A stretch of 63,926 nucleotides of DNA, the filler included, from Lama guanicoe (Eukaryota), in the NCBI GenBank assembly GCA_013239625.1. It is 102 parts of 102 records of this genome, joined end to end, with 100 filler letters (N's around TTAATTAATTAA, not from the genome) between each part and the next. Parts side by side here need not be neighbours in the genome. Positions count along the whole stretch, not along the records: positions 59,823 to 60,275 come from PNXV01026655.1; positions 60,376 to 61,209 come from PNXV01026656.1; positions 61,310 to 61,832 come from PNXV01026657.1; positions 61,933 to 62,443 come from PNXV01026658.1; positions 62,544 to 63,323 come from PNXV01026659.1; positions 63,424 to 63,926 come from PNXV01026660.1; 96 more parts are not named here. One strand, given 5' to 3'. The notes under the pieces were generated by a model. That model was given only the letters and a program-made list of their open reading frames with translations. It was not told the DNA's origin and made no database searches. A program made the position numbers and the translations under genes. Position 1 is the stretch's first letter; each line of letters opens with the position of its first letter. Shown here in pieces: positions 59,823 through 63,926 of the stretch.

Positions 59823-60275
59823 TTATGTATGGAGTGGATTCTGCATCTGAAGAGAAACTTTGTGTTTCCAAGACGCGAGGTGAAGGACGGCTTTCACACA
59901 CGCTTAACTCTCAAATCTGAGCATGTGGAGAGACAATCTTTCATCTAGCACAAAGGGAACAGTTTGCCGGAGAAACACTTACTCTGGATTCTCAGTCTGT
60001 TTCCTAGTACCGGATTGAATTTCCTGCAGTTTTCACCGTAAAATCGAGTTGGAGCTTGTACCTCCCCATATATATGTATGGAGTGGAGTTTACAACTGAA
60101 GAGAAACTTTGTGTTTCCAAGACGCGAGGTGAAGGACGGCTTTCACACACACTTAACCCTCAAAACTGAGCATGTGGAGAAACATTCGTTCATCTAGCAC
60201 CAAGGGAACAGGTTGTAGGATAAATTCTTACTCTGGTTTCTCTGTCTGTTTCCTTGTGCCAGTTGGAAGTTCCTG
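59823..60275 (+). repeat. 248-bp satellite
   Basis: GACGCGAGGTGAAGGACGGCTTTCACAC repeated. Confidence 0.95.
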
Positions 60276-60400
60276 NNNNNNNNNNNNNNNNNNNNNNNNN
60301 NNNNNNNNNNNNNNNNNNNTTAATTAATTAANNNNNNNNNNNNNNNNNNNNNNNNNNNNNNNNNNNNNNNNNNNNAGCAAAAAGAATTCTTATTTTGGAA

Positions 60401-61052
60401 AGACTTCCCATATGATCCAGCAATGCCACTCCTGGACATATATCCAGAGGGAACCTTAAGTCAAAAAGATATGCGCACTGCAACATTCACAGCACTGTGT
60501 ACAATCGCCAAGACATGGAAACAACCTAAATGTCCATTGACAAATGATTGGATAAAGAAGCTGTGGTATCTTTATACAGTGGAATACTACTCAGCCATAA
60601 CAAAGAATAAAATAATGCCATTTGCAGCAACACGAATGGACCTGGAGACTGTCATTCTAAGTGAAGCAAGCCAGAAAGAGAAAGAAAAATACCATATGAT
60701 AACACTTACATGTGGAATCTAAAAAAAAGACAAACGAACTTCTTTACAAAACACAAACAGACTCACAGACATAGAAAACAAACACGGTTTGGCAGGGAGG
60801 GAGGTGGGAGAAGGGATTAATTGGGAGTTTGAGATTTGCAGACACTAACTACTATATATATAAAATAGATAAACAGCAAATTTATACTATATAGCACAGG
60901 GAACTATATTCAATATCTTGTAACAACTTACGGTTAAAAAGAATATGAAAATGAATAGATGTGTGTTTCTATATGACTGAAGCATGGTGCTGTACACCAG
61001 AAATTGACACAACATTGTAAACTGACTATACTTCAATAAAAATATTTTTTAA
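60401..61052 (+). mobile_element. Complete 5'-truncated L1 insertion (ORF2 C-terminus and 3' UTR) with about 22-bp TSD
   Basis: IAKTWKQPKCP..WIKKLWY..YYSAI..IMPFAAT; TSD AAAAAGAATTCTTATTTTGGAA (60379-60400) versus AAAAAGAATGCTGATTTTGGAA (61053-61074). Confidence 0.93.
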
Positions 61053-61309
61053 AAAAAGAATGCTGATTTTGGAATACTAATGGACTTCACATAATTAATA
61101 CAATGAGAATATTGAAACCAGTATTATCTAATTATCCTTAAAACTTCCAGATCTAAGGAGTTACCTTTGACTCCTTGTTCCAGATGATACTTGTGTTACC
61201 GAGACTAGGNNNNNNNNNNNNNNNNNNNNNNNNNNNNNNNNNNNNNNNNNNNNTTAATTAATTAANNNNNNNNNNNNNNNNNNNNNNNNNNNNNNNNNNN
61301 NNNNNNNNN

Positions 61310-61832
61310 GTTCTACATTCAATATTATAAATACTATTTTCAGTACTCTGTATTCTATATGCTAAATTCTGTGTTTTGCATTCCATATTCTAAATTCTGG
61401 GTTCTATATTCTCTATTCTCTATTCTCTACTGTGTGTTTTCCATTCTATATTCTACATAATATATTTTGCATTTCGTATACTATATTCTATATTCTGTGT
61501 TCTACATTCAATATTATAAATACTATTTTCAGTACTCTGTATTCTATATGCTAAATTCTGTGTTTTGCATTCCATATTCTAAATTCTGGGTTCTATATTC
61601 TCTATTCTCTATTCTCTACTGTGTGTTTTCCATTCTATATTCTACATAATATATTTTGCATTTCGTATACTATATTCTATATTCTGTGTTCTACATTCTA
61701 TATTCTAAATTCTATTTTCAGTATTCTACATTCTATATTATAAATACTTTATTCAGTATTCTGCACTGTATATTCTGAATTCTTTTTTTCTTCATCCATG
61801 TTCTAAATTCAGGCTTCTATATTCTGTATTCT
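61310..61832 (-). repeat. Heptamer satellite with 189-bp higher-order repeat
   Basis: GTTCTACATTCAATATTATAAATAC at 61310 and 61499. Confidence 0.95.
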
Positions 61833-62543
61833 NNNNNNNNNNNNNNNNNNNNNNNNNNNNNNNNNNNNNNNNNNNNTTAATTAATTAANNNNNNNNNNNN
61901 NNNNNNNNNNNNNNNNNNNNNNNNNNNNNNNNGACTGGCTTTGAACTTTTGAAATTCAAATTACGAATCTGTTATCTGTTTTTTTAAACTGACTGAATAT
62001 TATCTAATCTTTAACAGCTGTACTCTGGGAAAATTTTCCTTGGATGGGATGAAATATTTATTTCATTCATTATGCATTAAGCTATAGAATACAGCTAGGC
62101 ACCTCTCCTTTTAAGTAAAGCGAGGTAGACACAGGGAGCTGAGAATGCAGGATCTGCACCAAGAACAAGACTGGCACCAGAGTGACACACAGGAACCAAG
62201 CCGAAAGAGGACTTCATCGTGCACCGCAAGATGATGGTTAGAGAGGCTTCCAAAGAGGAAGGTTGAGTTAATCTTCTCCAGGCTTAATCTTTTGCCTCTA
62301 GCAGTGAAATCTATGGATGAGTCTATGAATTATAATGAGTGCAACATAATGAAGTGTATTGCAGACTGAGTCAGCGGATCCCGTGACCATGATGTGATGG
62401 AAACTGGAGTGAAGTGGGAGGCACTGGGTGAGAAACTAAAGGTNNNNNNNNNNNNNNNNNNNNNNNNNNNNNNNNNNNNNNNNNNNNTTAATTAATTAAN
62501 NNNNNNNNNNNNNNNNNNNNNNNNNNNNNNNNNNNNNNNNNNN

Positions 62544-63323
62544 TCTAAATTCTGTGTTCTGCATTCAATATTCTAAATTATATATTCAGTATTCTTTGTA
62601 CTATATTCTAAATTCTGTGGTCTGCATCCCGTGTTCTAAATTCTGCGTTCTGTATTCTGTTTCCATAATCTATATTCTGTGTTCTAAATTGTATATTCTG
62701 TATACTATATTCTGCATTCCGTATTCTCTATTCTATATTCTAAATTCTGTGTTCTGCATTCAATATTCTAAATTATATATTCAGTATTCTTTGTACTATA
62801 TTCTAAATTCTTTGGTCTGCATTCCATGTTCTAAATTCTGTTTTCTGTATTCTTTATTCCATATTCTATATTCTGTTTTCTACTTTCAATATTCTGTATT
62901 CTGTTTTCTGCATTCCGTATTCTATACTCAATATTCTGTGTTCTACATTCTATATTCTAAATTCTATATTCAGTATTCTTTATTCTATATTCTAAATTCT
63001 GTGTTCTACATTCTATATTCTAAATTCTATATTCAGTATTCTTTATTCTATATTCTAAATTCTGTGTTCTACATTCTATATTCTAAATTCTATATTCAGT
63101 ATTCTTTATTCTATATTCTAAATTCTGTGTTCTACATTCTATATTCTAAATTGTATATTCAGTATTCAGTATTCTATATTCGAAATTCTGAGTTCTGATT
63201 TCCATGTTCCAAAATCTGGCTTAAATATTCTCTAAGCTGTATTTTTTCTTTTATTTTTTACATTCTATATTCTTAATTATATTTTCAGTATTATGTATTC
63301 TTTATTCTATATTCCGTGTTCTA
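62544..63323 (-). repeat. Heptamer satellite with 63-bp units
   Basis: TTCTACATTC at 62941, 63004, 63067 and 63130. Confidence 0.95.
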
Positions 63324-63423
63324 NNNNNNNNNNNNNNNNNNNNNNNNNNNNNNNNNNNNNNNNNNNNTTAATTAATTAANNNNNNNNNNNNNNNNNNNNN
63401 NNNNNNNNNNNNNNNNNNNNNNN

Positions 63424-63926
63424 ACAGAATTTAGAATATAGAATACAGAATAATGAATATAGAATTTCGATTATAGTTTGAAAACTCAGAATATAGAATA
63501 TAGAATAGAGAAAATAAAAACCAGAATAAGGAACATGGAATGCAGAACACAGAATTTAGAGTGTAGAATAGAGAATATTGTATATACATTTAGAATATAG
63601 AATGTAGAACACAGAATGTAGAATATAGAATAGAGAAGATAGAACCTATAATTTTGAACATGGAATTCAGAACGCAGAATTTAGAATATAGGATACTAAA
63701 TATTGAATATTGAAATTAGAACATAGAATGTAGAACACAGAATATAGAATATAGAATACAGAATACTGAATATAGAATTTAGAACATAAAATGCGGAACA
63801 CAGAATATAAAATAGAGAATAGAGAAGATAGAACCTATAATTTTGAACATGGAATTCAGAACGCAGAATTTAGAATATAGGATACTGAATACTGAATATT
63901 GAAATTAGAACATAGAATGTAGAACA
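63424..63926 (+). repeat. Heptamer satellite with 189-bp higher-order repeat
   Basis: AGAACCTATAATTTTGAACATGG at 63641 and 63830. Confidence 0.95.

Noticed and set aside
60423..60722. 99-aa ORF as a host gene
   Set aside because: It is the L1 ORF2 C-terminus inside a TSD-flanked truncated insertion

Overview
This window is not a contiguous locus. By my count it holds 102 short contigs (about 200-970 bp) joined by an artificial 100-bp spacer (N44-TTAATTAATTAA-N44, with stops in all six frames), so neighbouring contigs share no biology. The DNA is mammalian and very probably camelid, judged from tRNA-Ala-derived Vic-1-type SINEs and artiodactyl-type L1 3' ends. About 44 contigs are satellite DNA from three families. 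The first is an AT-rich heptamer satellite (AATATAG variants) with 63-bp and 189-bp higher-order periods. The second is a GC/CpG-rich 266-267-bp satellite and the third is a 248-bp satellite; both also occur as strongly diverged relic copies. The rest is L1, MIR and ERV debris, a solo LTR with target-site duplications, three CpG-island promoter-like contigs (two of them paralogous and carrying a perfect NRF1 palindrome), a 39-bp VNTR with an uninterrupted Pro/Thr-rich frame, and a few exon-like pieces. No complete protein-coding gene, rRNA, functional tRNA or CRISPR array is supported, and almost all ORFs in the track are repeat artefacts. I found no new biological system. The best leads are possible common ancestry of the 248- and 267-bp satellites, the 7-63-189 hierarchy, the 39-bp VNTR and the amplified NRF1 promoter.
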